In this document: piece by piece, positions 28,001 to 43,400 of the stretch
How the letters are laid out: each line of letters starts with the position of its first letter
Position numbering within the stretch: the stretch's first letter is position 1
Origin: Auanema rhodensis
Taxonomy: Eukaryota; Animalia; Nematoda
DNA length: 64,000 nt
Direction of reading: 5' to 3'
NCBI GenBank assembly: GCA_964057225.1
Contig: CAXKVF010000072.1
Coordinates: 1 to 64,000 of the forward strand
Made by a program: the position numbers and the translations under genes
Notes under the pieces: generated by a model
Database searches by the model: none
What the model saw: only the letters and a program-made list of their open reading frames with translations
Told to the model about the DNA's origin: nothing

Positions 28001-31000
28001 TCAAAGTTTGAAAACCGCATCTCTTTATCTTTCAAGTGAAGCGAGTTACATACCAAGTGCACATCACGTGTACATTTAATTAGCATAAATTAAAGTTCAC
28101 GTAAATTTCAAAGTCATGGTTACCATTAACCAATATCAATAAAAATTTGTTTTTAGACTAATATGGACATGGGGAATCTAATTTTGAAAACCGCATCTCT
28201 TTATCTTTCACGTGAAGCGAGTTACATACCAAGTGCACATCACGTGTACATTTAATTAGCATAAATTAAAGTTCACGTAAATTTCAAAGTCATGGTTACC
28301 ATGCACCAATATCAATAAAAATTTGTTTTTAGACTAATATAGACATGGGGAATCTAATTTTGAAAACCGCATCTCTTTATCTTCCACGTGAAGCGAGTTA
28401 CATACCAAGTGCACATCACGTGTACATTTAATTAGCATAAATTAAAGTTCACGTAAATTTCAAAGTCATGGTTACCATGAACCAATATCAATAAAAATTT
28501 GTTTTTAGACTAATATGGACATGGGGAATCTAATTTTGAAAACCGCATCTCTTTATCTTTCACGTGAAGCGAGTTACATACCAAGTGCACATCACGTGTA
28601 CATTTAATTAGCATAAATTAAAGTTCACGTAAATTTCAAAGTCATGGTTACCATGAACCAATATCAATAAAAATTTGTTTTTAGACTAATATGGACATGG
28701 GGAATTAAAGTTTGAAAACCGCATCTCTTTATCTTCCACGTGAAGCGAGTTACATACCAAGTGCACATCACGTGTACATTTAATTAGCATAAATTAAAGT
28801 TCACGTAAATTTCAAAGTCATGGTTACCATGAACCAATATCAATAAAAATTTGTTTTTAGACTAATATGGACATGGGGAATCAAAGTTTGAAAACCGCAT
28901 CTCTTTATCTTTCACGTGAAGCGAGTTACATACCAAGTGCACATCACGTGTACATTTAATTAGCATAAATTAAAGTTCACGTAAATTTCAAAGTCATGGT
29001 TACCATGCACCAATATCAATAAAAATTTGTTTTTAGACTAATATGGACATGGGGAATCTAATTTTGAAAACCGCATCTCTTTATATTTCACGTGAAGCGA
29101 GTTACATACCAAGTGCACATCACGTGTACATTTAATTAGCATAAATTAAAGTTCACGTAAATTTCAAAGTCATGGTTACCATGAACCAATATCAATAAAA
29201 ATTTGTTTTTAGACTAATATGGACATGGGGAATCTAATTTTGAAAACCGCATCTCTTTATCTTTCACGTGAAGCGAGTTACATATCAAGTGCACATCACG
29301 TGTACATTTAATTAGCATAAATTAAAGTTCACGTAAATTTCAAAGTCATGGTTACCATTGACCAATATCAATAAAAATTTGTTTTTAGACTAATATGGAC
29401 ATGGGGAATCTAATTTTAAAAACCGCATCTCTTTATCTTTCAAGTGAAGCGAGTTACATACCAAGTGCACATCACGTGTACATTTAATTAGCATAAATTA
29501 AAGTTCACGTAAATTTCAAAGTCATGGTTACCATGCACCAATATCAATAAAAATTTGTTTTTAGACTAATATGGACATGGGGAATCTAATTTTGAAAACC
29601 GCATCTCTTTATCTTTCACGTGAAGCGAGTTACATACCAAGTGCACATCACGTGTACATTTAATTAGCATAAATTAAAGTTCACGTAAATTTCAAAGTCA
29701 TGGTTACCATGCACCAATATCAATAAAAATTTGTTTTTAGACTAATATGGACATGGGGAATCTAATTTTGAAAACCGCATCTCTTTATATTTCACGTGAA
29801 GCGAGTTACATACCAAGTGCACATCACGTGTACATTTAATTAGCATAAATTAAAGTTCACGTAAATTTCAAAGTCATGGTTACCATGAACCAATATCAAT
29901 AAAAATTTGTTTTTAGACTAATATGGACATGGGGAATCTAATTTTGAAAACCGCATCTCTTTATCTTTCCCGTGAAGCGAGTTACATACCAAGTGCACAT
30001 CACGTGTACATTTAATTAGCATAAATTAAAGTTCACGTAAATTTCAAAGTCATGGTTACCATGAACCAATATCAATAAAAATTTGTTTTTAGACTAATAT
30101 GGACATGGGGAATCTAATTTTGAAAACCGCATCTCTTTATCTTCCACGTGAAGCGAGTTACATACCAAGTGCACATCACGTGTACATTTAATTAGCATAA
30201 ATTAAAGTTCACGTAAATTTCAAAGTCATGGTTACCATGCACCAATATTAATAAAAATTTGTTTTTAGACTAATATGGACATGGGGAATCTAATTTTGAA
30301 AACCGCATCTCTTTATCTTTCACGTGAAGCGAGTTACATACCAAGTGCACATCACGTGTACATTTAATTAGCATAAATTAAAGTTCACGTAAATTTCAAA
30401 GTCATGGTTACCATGAAGCAATATCAATAAAAATTTGTTTTTAGACTAATATGGACATGGGGAATCTAATTTTGAAAACCGCATCTCTTTATCTTTCACG
30501 TGAAGCGAGTTACATACCAAGTGCACATCACGTGTACATTTAATTAGCATAAATTAAAGTTCACGTAAATTTCAAAGTCATGGTTACCATGAACCAATAT
30601 CAATAAAAATTTGTTTTTAGACTAATATGGACATGGGGAATCTAATTTTAAAAACCGCATCTCTTTATCTTTCACGTGGAGCGAGTTACATACCAAGTGC
30701 ACATCACGTGTACATTTAATTAGCATAAATTAAAGTTCACGTAAATTTCAAAGTCATGGTTACCATGAAGCAATATCAATAAAAATTTGTTTTTAGACTA
30801 ATATGGACATGGGGAATCTAATTTTGAAAACCGCATCTCTTTATCTTTCACGTGAAGCGAGTTACATACCAAGTGCACATCACGTGTACATTTAATTAGC
30901 ATAAATTAAAGTTCACGTAAATTTCAAAGTCATGGTTACCATGAACCAATATCAATAAAAATTTGTTTTTAGACTAATATGGACATGGGGAATCTAATTT

Positions 31001-34000
31001 TGAAAACCGCATCTCTTTATCTTTCACGTGAAGCGAGTTACATACCAAGTGCACATCACGTGTACATTTAATTAGCATAAATTAAAGTTCACGTAAATTT
31101 CAAAGTCATGGTTACCATGCACCAATATCAATAAAAATTTGTTTTTAGACTAATATGGACATGGGGAATCTAATTTTGAAAACCGCATCTCTTTATCTTT
31201 CACGTGAAGCGAGTTACATACCAAGTGCACATCACGTGTACATTTAATTAGCATAAATTAATGTTCACGTAAATTTCAAAGTCATGGTTACCATGAAGCA
31301 ATATCAATAAAAATTTGTTTTTAGACTAATATGGACATGGGGAATCTAATTTTGAAAACCGCATCTTTTTATCTTTCACGTGAAGCGAGTTACATACCAA
31401 GTGCACATCACGTGTACATTTAATTAGCATAAATTAAAGTTCACGTAAATTTCAAAGTCATGGTTACCATGAACCAATATCAATAAAAATTTGTTTTTAG
31501 ACTAATATGGACATGGGGAATCTAATTTTGAAAACCGCATCTCTTTATCTTTCACGTGAAGCGAGTTACATACCAAGTGCACATCACGTGTACATTTAAT
31601 TAGCATAAATTAAAGTTCACGTAAATTTCAAAGTCATGGTTACCATGAAGCAATATCAATAAAAATTTGTTTTTAGACTAATATGGACATGGGGAATCTA
31701 ATTTTGAAAACCGCATCTCTTTATCTTTCACGTGAAGCGAGTTACATACCAAGTGCACATCACGTGTACATTTAATTAGCATAAATTAAAGTTCACGTAA
31801 ATTTCAAAGTCATGGTTACCATGCACCAATATCATAAAAATTGGTTTTTAGACTAATATGGACATGAGGAATCTAATTTTGAAAACCGCATCTCTTTATC
31901 TTTCACGTGAAGCGAGTTACATACCAAGTGCACATCACGTGTACATTTAATTAGCATAAATTAAAGTTCACGTAAATTTCAAAGTCATGGTTACCATGCA
32001 CCAATATCAATAAAAATTTGTTTTTAGACTAATATGGACATGGGGAATCTAATTTTGAAAACCGCATCTCTTTATATTTCACGTGAAGCGAGTTACATAC
32101 CAAGTGCACATCACGTGTACATTTAATTAGCATAAATTAAAGTTCACGTAAATTTCAAAGTCATGGTTACCATGCACCAATATCAATAAAAATTTGTTTT
32201 TAGACTAATATGGACATGGGGAATCTAATTTTGAAAACCGCATCTCTTTATCTTTCACGTGAAGCGAGTTACATACCAAGTGCACATCACGTGTACATTT
32301 AATTAGCATAAATTAAAGTTCACGTAAATTTCAAAGTCATGGTTACCATGAACCAATATCAATAAAAATTTGTTTTTAGACTAATATGGACATGGGGAAT
32401 CTAATTTTGAAAACCGCATCTCTTTATCTCTCACGTGAAGCGAGTTACATACCAAGTGCACATCACGTGTACATTTAATTAGCATAAATTAAAGTTCACG
32501 TAAATTTCAAAGTCATGGTTACCATGCACCAATATCAATAAAAATTTGTTTTTAGACTAATATGTACATGGAAAAACTAATTTTGAAAACCGCATCTCTT
32601 TATCTTTCACGTGAAGCGAGTTACATACCAAGTGCACATCACGTGTACATTTAATTAGCATAAATTAAAGTTCACGTAAATTTCAAAGTCATGGTTACCA
32701 TGCACCAATATCAATAAAAATTTGTTTTTAGACTAATATGGACATGGGGGATCTAATTTTGAAAACCGCATCTCTTTATCTTTCACGTGAAGCGAGTTAC
32801 ATACCAAGTGCACATCACGTGTACATTTAATTAGCATAAATTAAAGTTCACGTAAATTTCAAAGTCATGGTTACCATGCACCAATATCAATAAAAATTTG
32901 TTTTTAGACTAATATGGACATGGGGAATCTAATTTTGAAAACCGCATCTCTTTATCTTTCACGTCAAGCGAGTTACATACCAAGTGCACATCACGTGTAC
33001 ATTTAATTAGCATAAATTAAAGTTCACGTAAATTTCAAAGTCATGGTTACCATTAACCAATATCAATAAAAATCTGTTTTTAGACTAATATGGACATGGG
33101 GGATCTAATTTTGAAAACCGCATCTCTTTATCTTTCACGTGAAGCGAGTTACATATCAAGTGCACATCACGTGTACATTTAATTAGCATAAATTAAAGTT
33201 CACGTAAATTTCAAAGTCATGGTTACCATTGACCAATATCAATAAAAATTTGTTTTTAGACTAATATGGACATGGGGAATCTAATTTTAAAAACCGCATC
33301 TCTTTATCTTTCAAGTGAAGCGAGTTACATACCAAGTGCACATCACGTGTACATTTAATTAGCATAAATTAAAGTTCACGTAAATTTCAAAGTCATGGTT
33401 ACCATGCACCAATATCAATAAAAATTTGTTTTTAGACTAATATGGACATGGGGAATCTAATTTTGAAAACCGCATCTCTTTATCTTTCACGTGAAGCGAG
33501 TTACATACCAAGTGCACATCACGTGTACATTTAATTAGCATAAATTAAAGTTCACGTAAATTTCAAAGTCATGGTTACCATGCACCAATATCAATAAAAA
33601 TTTGTTTTTAGACTAATATGGACATGGGGAATCTAATTTTGAAAACCGCATCTCTTTATCTTCCACGTGAAGCGAGTTACATACCAAGTGCACATCACGT
33701 GTACATTTAATTAGCATAAATTAAAGTTCACGTAAATTTCAAAGTCATGGTTACCATGAACCAATATCAATAAAAATTTGTTTTTAGACTAATATGGACA
33801 TGGGGAATCTAATTTTGAAAACCGCATCTCTTTATCTTTCACGTGAAGCGAGTTACATATCAAGTGCACATCACGTGTACATTTAATTAGCATAAATTAA
33901 AGTTCACGTAAATTTCAAAGTCATGGTTACCATGAACCAATATCAATAAAAATTTGTTTTTAGACTAATATGGACATGGGGAATCAAAGTTTGAAAACCG

Positions 34001-37000
34001 CATCTCTTTATCTTCCACGTGAAGCGAGTTACATACCAAGTGCACATCACGTGTACATTTAATTAGCATAAATTAAAGTTCACGTAAATTTCAAAGTCAT
34101 GGTTACCATGAACCAATATCAATAAAAATTTGTTTTTAGACTAATATGGACATGGGGAATCAAAGTTTGAAAACCGCATCTCTTTATCTTTCACGTGAAG
34201 CGAGTTACATACCAAGTGCACATCACGTGTACATTTAATTAGCATAAATTAAAGTTCACGTAAATTTCAAAGTCATGGTTACCATTAACCAATATCAATA
34301 AAAATTTGTTTTTAGACTAATATGGACATGGGGAATCTAATTTTGAAAACCGCATCTCTTTATCTTTCACGTGAAGCGAGTTACATACCAAGTGCACATC
34401 ACGTGTACATTTAATTAGCATAAATTAAAGTTCACGTAAATTTCAAAGTCATGGTTACCATGCACCAATATCAATAAAAATTTGTTTTTAGACTAATATG
34501 GACATGGGGAATCTAATTTTGAAAACCGCATCTCTTTATCTTCCACGTGAAGCGAGTTACATACCAAGTGCACATCACGTGTACATTTAATTAGCATAAA
34601 TTAAAGTTCACGTAAATTTCAAAGTCATGGTTACCATGAACCAATATCAATAAAAATTTGTTTTTAGACTAATATGGACATGGGGAATCTAATTTTGAAA
34701 ACCGCATCTCTTTATCTTTCACGTGAAGCGAGTTACATATCAAGTGCACATCACGTGTACATTTAATTAGCATAAATTAAAGTTCACGTAAATTTCAAAG
34801 TCATGGTTACCATGAACCAATATCAATAAAAATTTGTTTTTAGACTAATATGGACATGGGGAATCAAAGTTTGAAAACCGCATCTCTTTATCTTCCACGT
34901 GAAGCGAGTTACATACCAAGTGCACATCACGTGTACATTTAATTAGCATAAATTAAAGTTCACGTAAATTTCAAAGTCATGGTTACCATGAACCAATATC
35001 AATAAAAATTTGTTTTTAGACTAATATGGACATGGGGAATCAAAGTTTGAAAACCGCATCTCTTTATCTTTCACGTGAAGCGAGTTACATACCAAGTGCA
35101 CATCACGTGTACATTTAATTAGCATAAATTAAAGTTCACGTAAATTTCAAAGTCATGGTTACCATTAACCAATATCAATAAAAATTTGTTTTTAGACTAA
35201 TATGGACATGGGGAATCTAATTTTGAAAACCGCATCTCTTTATCTTTCACGTGAAGCGAGTTACATACCAAGTGCACATCACGTGTACATTTAATTAGCA
35301 TAAATTAAAGTTCACGTAAATTTCAAAGTCATGGTTACCATGCACCAATATCAATAAAAATTTGTTTTTAGACTAATATGGACATGGGGAATCTAATTTT
35401 GAAAACCGCATCTCTTTATATTTCACGTGAAGCGAGTTACATACCAAGTGCACATCACGTGTACATTTAATTAGCATAAATTAAAGTTCACGTAAATTTC
35501 AAAGTCATGGTTACCATGAACCAATATCAATAAAAATTTGTTTTTAGACTAATATGGACATGGGGAATCTAATTTTGAAAACCGCATCTCTTTATCTTTC
35601 ACGTGAAGCGAGTTACATACCAAGTGCACATCACGTGTACATTTAATTAGCATAAATTAAAGTTCACGTAAATTTCAAAGTCATGGTTACCATGAACCAA
35701 TATCAATAAAAATTTGTTTTTAGACTAATATGGACATGGGGAATCAAAGTTTGAAAACCGCATCTCTTTATCTTTCAAGTGAAGCGAGTTACATACCAAG
35801 TGCACATCACGTGTACATTTAATTAGCATAAATTAAAGTTCACGTAAATTTCAAAGTCATGGTTACCATTAACCAATATCAATAAAAATTTGTTTTTAGA
35901 CTAATATGGACATGGGGAATCTAATTTTGAAAACCGCATCTCTTTATCTTTCACGTGAAGCGAGTTACATACCAAGTGCACATCACGTGTACATTTAATT
36001 AGCATAAATTAAAGTTCACGTAAATTTCAAAGTCATGGTTACCATGCACCAATATCAATAAAAATTTGTTTTTAGACTAATATAGACATGGGGAATCTAA
36101 TTTTGAAAACCGCATCTCTTTATCTTCCACGTGAAGCGAGTTACATACCAAGTGCACATCACGTGTACATTTAATTAGCATAAATTAAAGTTCACGTAAA
36201 TTTCAAAGTCATGGTTACCATGAACCAATATCAATAAAAATTTGTTTTTAGACTAATATGGACATGGGGAATCTAATTTTGAAAACCGCATCTCTTTATC
36301 TTTCACGTGAAGCGAGTTACATACCAAGTGCACATCACGTGTACATTTAATTAGCATAAATTAAAGTTCACGTAAATTTCAAAGTCATGGTTACCATGAA
36401 CCAATATCAATAAAAATTTGTTTTTAGACTAATATGGACATGGGGAATTAAAGTTTGAAAACCGCATCTCTTTATCTTCCACGTGAAGCGAGTTACATAC
36501 CAAGTGCACATCACGTGTACATTTAATTAGCATAAATTAAAGTTCACGTAAATTTCAAAGTCATGGTTACCATGAACCAATATCAATAAAAATTTGTTTT
36601 TAGACTAATATGGACATGGGGAATCAAAGTTTGAAAACCGCATCTCTTTATCTTTCACGTGAAGCGAGTTACATACCAAGTGCACATCACGTGTACATTT
36701 AATTAGCATAAATTAAAGTTCACGTAAATTTCAAAGTCATGGTTACCATGCACCAATATCAATAAAAATTTGTTTTTAGACTAATATGGACATGAGGAAT
36801 CTAATTTTGAAAACCGCATCTCTTTATCTTTCACGTGAAGCGAGTTACATACCAAGTGCACATCACGTGTACATTTAATTAGCATAAATTAAAGTTCACG
36901 TAAATTTCAAAGTCATGGTTACCATGCACCAATATCAATAAAAATTTGTTTTTAGACTAATATGGACATGGGGAATCTAATTTTGAAAACCGCATCTCTT

Positions 37001-37486
37001 TATATTTCACGTGAAGCGAGTTACATACCAAGTGCACATCACGTGTACATTTAATTAGCATAAATTAAAGTTCACGTAAATTTCAAAGTCATGGTTACCA
37101 TGAACCAATATCAATAAAAATTTGTTTTTAGACTAATATGGACATGGGGAATCTAATTTTGAAAACCGCATCTCTTTATCTTTCACGTGAAGCGAGTTAC
37201 ATATCAAGTGCACATCACGTGTACATTTAATTAGCATAAATTAAAGTTCACGTAAATTTCAAAGTCATGGTTACCATTGACCAATATCAATAAAAATTTG
37301 TTTTTAGACTAATATGGACATGGGGAATCTAATTTTAAAAACCGCATCTCTTTATCTTTCAAGTGAAGCGAGTTACATACCAAGTGCACATCACGTGTAC
37401 ATTTAATTAGCATAAATTAAAGTTCACGTAAATTTCAAAGTCATGGTTACCATGCACCAATATCAATAAAAATTTGTTTTTAGACT
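22001..37486 (+). repeat. About 7.9-kb (about 45-monomer) tandem segmental duplication: copy A about 22001-29919, copy B about 29920-37500
   Basis: Markers offset by 7919 bp (45x176-1): TTTCCCGTG 22051/29970, T49C 22225/30144, GTGGAG 22760/30679, TAATGTTC 23343/31262, the 1-bp-deleted monomer 23761/31680, CATTGACC monomer 29216/37135, TTTTAAAAACC monomer 29392/37311. Interior markers are offset by 8271 or 7743 bp. Confidence 0.9.
33439..35198 (+). repeat. 5-monomer (880-bp) higher-order unit, two apparently identical adjacent copies
   Basis: Order: consensus, T49C, C70T, CAAAGTTT+T49C, CAAAGTTT+CATTAACC, at 33439-34318 and 34319-35198. The same unit occurs at 25168-26047 and, in 4 of 5 monomers, at 27104-27807. 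Confidence 0.9.
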
Positions 37487-40400
37487 AATATGGACATGGG
37501 GAATCTAATTTTGAAAACCGCATCTCTTTATCTTTCACGTGAAGCGAGTTACATACCAAGTGCACATCACGTGTACATTTAATTAGCATAAATTAAAGTT
37601 CACGTAAATTTCAAAGTCATGGTTACCATGAACCAATATCAATAAAAATTTGTTTTTAGACTAATATGTACATGGGGAATCTAATTTTGAAAACCGCATT
37701 TCTTTATCTTTCACGTGAAGCGAGTTACATACCAAGTGCACATCACGTGTACATTTAATTAGCATAAATTAAAGTTCACGTAAATTTCAAAGTCATGGTT
37801 ACCATGCACCAATATCAATAAAAATTTGTTTTTAGACTAATATGAACATGAGGAATCTAATTTTGAAAACCGCATCTCTTTATCTTTCACGTGAAGCGAG
37901 TTACATACCAAGTGCACATCACGTGTACATTTAATTAGCATAAATTAAAGTTCACGTAAATTTCAAAGTCATGGTTACCATGCACCAATATCAATAAAAA
38001 TTTGTTTTTAGACTAATATGGACATGGGGAATCTAATTTTGAAAACCGCATCTCTTTATATTTCACGTGAAGCGAGTTACATACCAAGTGCACATCACGT
38101 GTACATTTAATTAGCATAAATTAAAGTTCACGTAAATTTCAAAGTCATGGTTACCATGAACCAATATCAATAAAAATTTGTTTTTAGACTAATATGGACA
38201 TGGGGAATCTAATTTTGAAAACCGCATCTCTTTATCTTTCACGTGAAGCGAGTTACATACCAAGTGCACATCACGTGTACATTTAATTAGCATAAATTAA
38301 AGTTCACGTAAATTTCAAAGTCATGGTTACCATGCACCAATATCAATAAAAATTTGTTTTTAGACTAATATGGACATGGGGAATCAAAGTTTGAAAACCG
38401 CATCTCTTTATCTTTCACGTGAAGCGAGTTACATACCAAGTGCACATCACGTGTACATTTAATTAGCATAAATTAAAGTTCACGTAAATTTCAAAGTCAT
38501 GGTTACCATGAACCAATATCAATAAAAATTTGTTTTTAGACTAATATGGACATGGGGAATCTAATTTTGAAAACCGCATCACTTTATCTTTCACGTGAAG
38601 CGAGTTACATACCAAGTGCACATCACGTGTACATTTAATTAGCATAAATTAAAGTTCACGTAAATTTCAAAGTCATGGTTACCATGCACCAATATCAATA
38701 AAAATTTGTTTTTAGACTAATATGGACATGGGGAATCTAATTTTGAAAACCGCATCTCTTTATCTTTCACGTGAAGCGAGTTACATACCAAGTGCACATC
38801 ACGTGTACATTTAATTAGCATAAATTAAAGTTCACGTAAATTTCAAAGTCATGGTTACCATGCACCAATATCAATAAAAATCTGTTTTTAGACTAATATG
38901 GACATGGGGAATCTAATTTTGAAAACCGCATCTCTTTATCTTTCACGTGAAGCGAGTTACATACCAAGTGCACATCACGTGTACATTTAATTAGCATAAA
39001 TTAAAGTTCACGTAAATTTCAAAGTCATGGTTACCATGCACCAATATCAATAAAAATTTGTTTTTAGACTAATATGGACATGGGGAATCTAATTTTGAAA
39101 ACCGCATCTCTTTATCTTTCACGTGAAGCGAGTTACATACCAAGTGCACATCACGTGTACATTTAATTAGCATAAATTAAAGTTCACGTAAATTTCAAAG
39201 TCATGGTTACCATGAACCAATATCAATAAAAATTTGTTTTTAGACTAATATGGACATGGGGAATCTAATTTTGAAAACCGCATCTCTTTATCTTTCACGT
39301 GAAGCGAGTTACATACCAAGTGCACATCACGTGTACATTTAATTAGCATAAATTAAAGTTCACGTAAATTTCAAAGTCATGGTTACCATGCACCAATATC
39401 AATAAAAATTTGTTTTTAGACTAATATGGACATGGGGAATCTAATTTTGAAAACCGCATCTCTTTATCTTCCACGTGAAGCGAGTTACATACCAAGTGCA
39501 CATCACGTGTACATTTAATTAGCATAAATTAAAGTTCACGTAAATTTCAAAGTCATGGTTACCATGAACCAATATCAATAAAAATTTGTTTTTAGACTAA
39601 TATGGACATGGGGAATCTAATTTTGAAAACCGCATCTCTTTATCTTCCACGTGAAGCGAGTTACATACCAAGTGCACATCACGTGTACATTTAATTAGCA
39701 TAAATTAAAGTTCACGTAAATTTCAAAGTCATGGTTACCATGAACCAATATCAATAAAAATTTGTTTTTAGACTAATATGGACATGGGGAATCTAATTTT
39801 GAAAACCGCATCTCTTTATCTTTCACGTGAAGCGAGTTACATACCAAGTGCACATCACGTGTACATTTAATTAGCATAAATTAAAGTTCACGTAAATTTC
39901 AAAGTCATGGTTACCATGCACCAATATCAATAAAAATTTGTTTTTAGACTAATATGGACATGGGGAATCAAAGTTTGAAAACCGCATCTCTTTATCTTTC
40001 ACGTGAAGCGAGTTACATACCAAGTGCACATCACGTGTACATTTAATTAGCATAAATTAAAGTTCACGTAAATTTCAAAGTCATGGTTACCATGAACCAA
40101 TATCAATAAAAATTTGTTTTTAGACTAATATGGACATGGGGAATCTAATTTTGAAAACCGCATCACTTTATCTTTCACGTGAAGCGAGTTACATACCAAG
40201 TGCACATCACGTGTACATTTAATTAGCATAAATTAAAGTTCACGTAAATTTCAAAGTCATGGTTACCATGCACCAATATCAATAAAAATTTGTTTTTAGA
40301 CTAATATGGACATGGGGAATCTAATTTTGAAAACCGCATCTCTTTATCTTTCACGTGAAGCGAGTTACATACCAAGTGCAGATCACGTGTACATTTAATT

Positions 40401-43400
40401 AGCATAAATTAAAGTTCACGTAAATTTCAAAGTCATGGTTACCATGCACCAATATCAATAAAAATTTGTTTTTAGACTAATATGGACATGGGGAATCTAA
40501 TTTTGAAAACCGCATCTCTTTATCTTTCACGTGAAGCGAGTTACATACCAAGTGCACATCACGTGTACATTTAATTAGCATAAATTAAAGTTCACGTAAA
40601 TTTCAAAGTCATGGTTACCATGAACCAATATCAATAAAAATTTGTTTTTAGACTAATATGGACATGGGGAATCTAATTTTGAAAACCGCATCTCTTTATC
40701 TTTCACGTGAAGCGAGTTACATACCAAGTGCACATCACGTGTACATTTAATTAGCATAAATTAAAGTTCACGTAAATTTCAAAGTCATGGTTACCATGCA
40801 CCAATATCAATAAAAATTTGTTTTTAGACTAATATGGACATGGGGAATCTAATTTTGAAAACCGCATCTCTTTATCTTCCACGTGAAGCGAGTTACATAC
40901 CAAGTGCACATCACGTGTACATTTAATTAGCATAAATTAAAGTTCACGTAAATTTCAAAGTCATGGTTACCATGAACCAATATCAATAAAAATTTGTTTT
41001 TAGACTAATATGGACATGGGGAATCTAATTTTGAAAACCGCATCTCTTTATCTTCCACGTGAAGCGAGTTACATACCAAGTGCACATCACGTGTACATTT
41101 AATTAGCATAAATTAAAGTTCACGTAAATTTCAAAGTCATGGTTACCATGAACCAATATCAATAAAAATTTGTTTTTAGACTAATATGGACATGGGGAAT
41201 CAAAGTTTGAAAACCGCATCTCTTTATCTTTCACGTGAAGCGAGTTACATACCAAGTGCACATCACGTGTACATTTAATTAGCATAAATTAAAGTTCACG
41301 TAAATTTCAAAGTCATGGTTACCATGCACCAATATCAATAAAAATTTGTTTTTAGACTAATATGGACATGAGGAATCTAATTTTGAAAACCGCATCTCTT
41401 TATCTTTCACGTGAAGCGAGTTACATACCAAGTGCACATCACGTGTACATTTAATTAGCATAAATTAAAGTTCACGTAAATTTCAAAGTCATGGTTACCA
41501 TGCACCAATATCAATAAAAATTTGTTTTTAGACTAATATGGACATGGGGAATCTAATTTTGAAAACCGCATCTCTTTATATTTCACGTGAAGCGAGTTAC
41601 ATACCAAGTGCACATCACGTGTACATTTAATTAGCATAAATTAAAGTTCACGTAAATTTCAAAGTCCTGGTTACCATGAACCAATATCAATAAAAATTTG
41701 TTTTTAGACTAATATGGACATGGGGAATCTAATTTTAAAAACCGCATCTCTTTATCTTTCAAGTGAAGCGAGTTACATACCAAGTGCACATCACGTGTAC
41801 ATTTAATTAGCATAAATTAAAGTTCACGTAAATTTCAAAGTCATGGTTACCATGCACCAATATCAATAAAAATTTGTTTTTAGACTAATATGGACATGGG
41901 GAATCTAATTTTGAAAACCGCATCTCTTTATCTTTCACGTGAAGCGAGTTACATACCAAGTGCACATCACGTGTACATTTAATTAGCATAAATTAAAGTT
42001 CACGTAAATTTCAAAGTCATGGTTACCATGAACCAATATCAATAAAAATTTGTTTTTAGACTAATATGTACATGGGGAATCTAATTTTGAAAACCGCATT
42101 TCTTTATCTTTCACGTGAAGCGAGTTACATACCAAGTGCACATCACGTGTACATTTAATTAGCATAAATTAAAGTTCACGTAAATTTCAAAGTCATGGTT
42201 ACCATGCACCAATATCAATAAAAATTTGTTTTTAGACTAATATGGACATGAGGAATCTAATTTTGAAAACCGCATCTCTTTATCTTTCACGTGAAGCGAG
42301 TTACATACCAAGTGCACATCACGTGTACATTTAATTAGCATAAATTAAAGTTCACGTAAATTTCAAAGTCATGGTTACCATGCACCAATATCAATAAAAA
42401 TTTGTTTTTAGACTAATATGGACATGGGGAATCTAATTTTGAAAACCGCATCTCTTTATATTTCACGTGAAGCGAGTTACATACCAAGTGCACATCACGT
42501 GTACATTTAATTAGCATAAATTAAAGTTCACGTAAATTTCAAAGTCATGGTTACCATGAACCAATATCAATAAAAATTTGTTTTTAGACTAATATGGACA
42601 TGGGGAATCTAATTTTGAAAACCGCATCTCTTTATCTTTCACGTGAAGCGAGTTACATACCAAGTGCACATCACGTGTACATTTAATTAGCATAAATTAA
42701 AGTTCACGTAAATTTCAAAGTCATGGTTACCATGCACCAATATCAATAAAAATTTGTTTTTAGACTAATATGGACATGGGGAATCAAAGTTTGAAAACCG
42801 CATCTCTTTATCTTTCACGTGAAGCGAGTTACATACCAAGTGCACATCACGTGTACATTTAATTAGCATAAATTAAAGTTCACGTAAATTTCAAAGTCAT
42901 GGTTACCATGAACCAATATCAATAAAAATTTGTTTTTAGACTAATATGGACATGGGGAATCTAATTTTGAAAACCGCATCACTTTATCTTTCACGTGAAG
43001 CGAGTTACATACCAAGTGCACATCACGTGTACATTTAATTAGCATAAATTAAAGTTCACGTAAATTTCAAAGTCATGGTTACCATGCACCAATATCAATA
43101 AAAATTTGTTTTTAGACTAATATGGACATGGGGAATCTAATTTTGAAAACCGCATCTCTTTATCTTTCACGTGAAGCGAGTTACATACCAAGTGCACATC
43201 ACGTGTACATTTAATTAGCATAAATTAAAGTTCACGTAAATTTCAAAGTCATGGTTACCATGCACCAATATCAATAAAAATCTGTTTTTAGACTAATATG
43301 GACATGGGGAATCTAATTTTGAAAACCGCATCTCTTTATCTTTCACGTGAAGCGAGTTACATACCAAGTGCACATCACGTGTACATTTAATTAGCATAAA

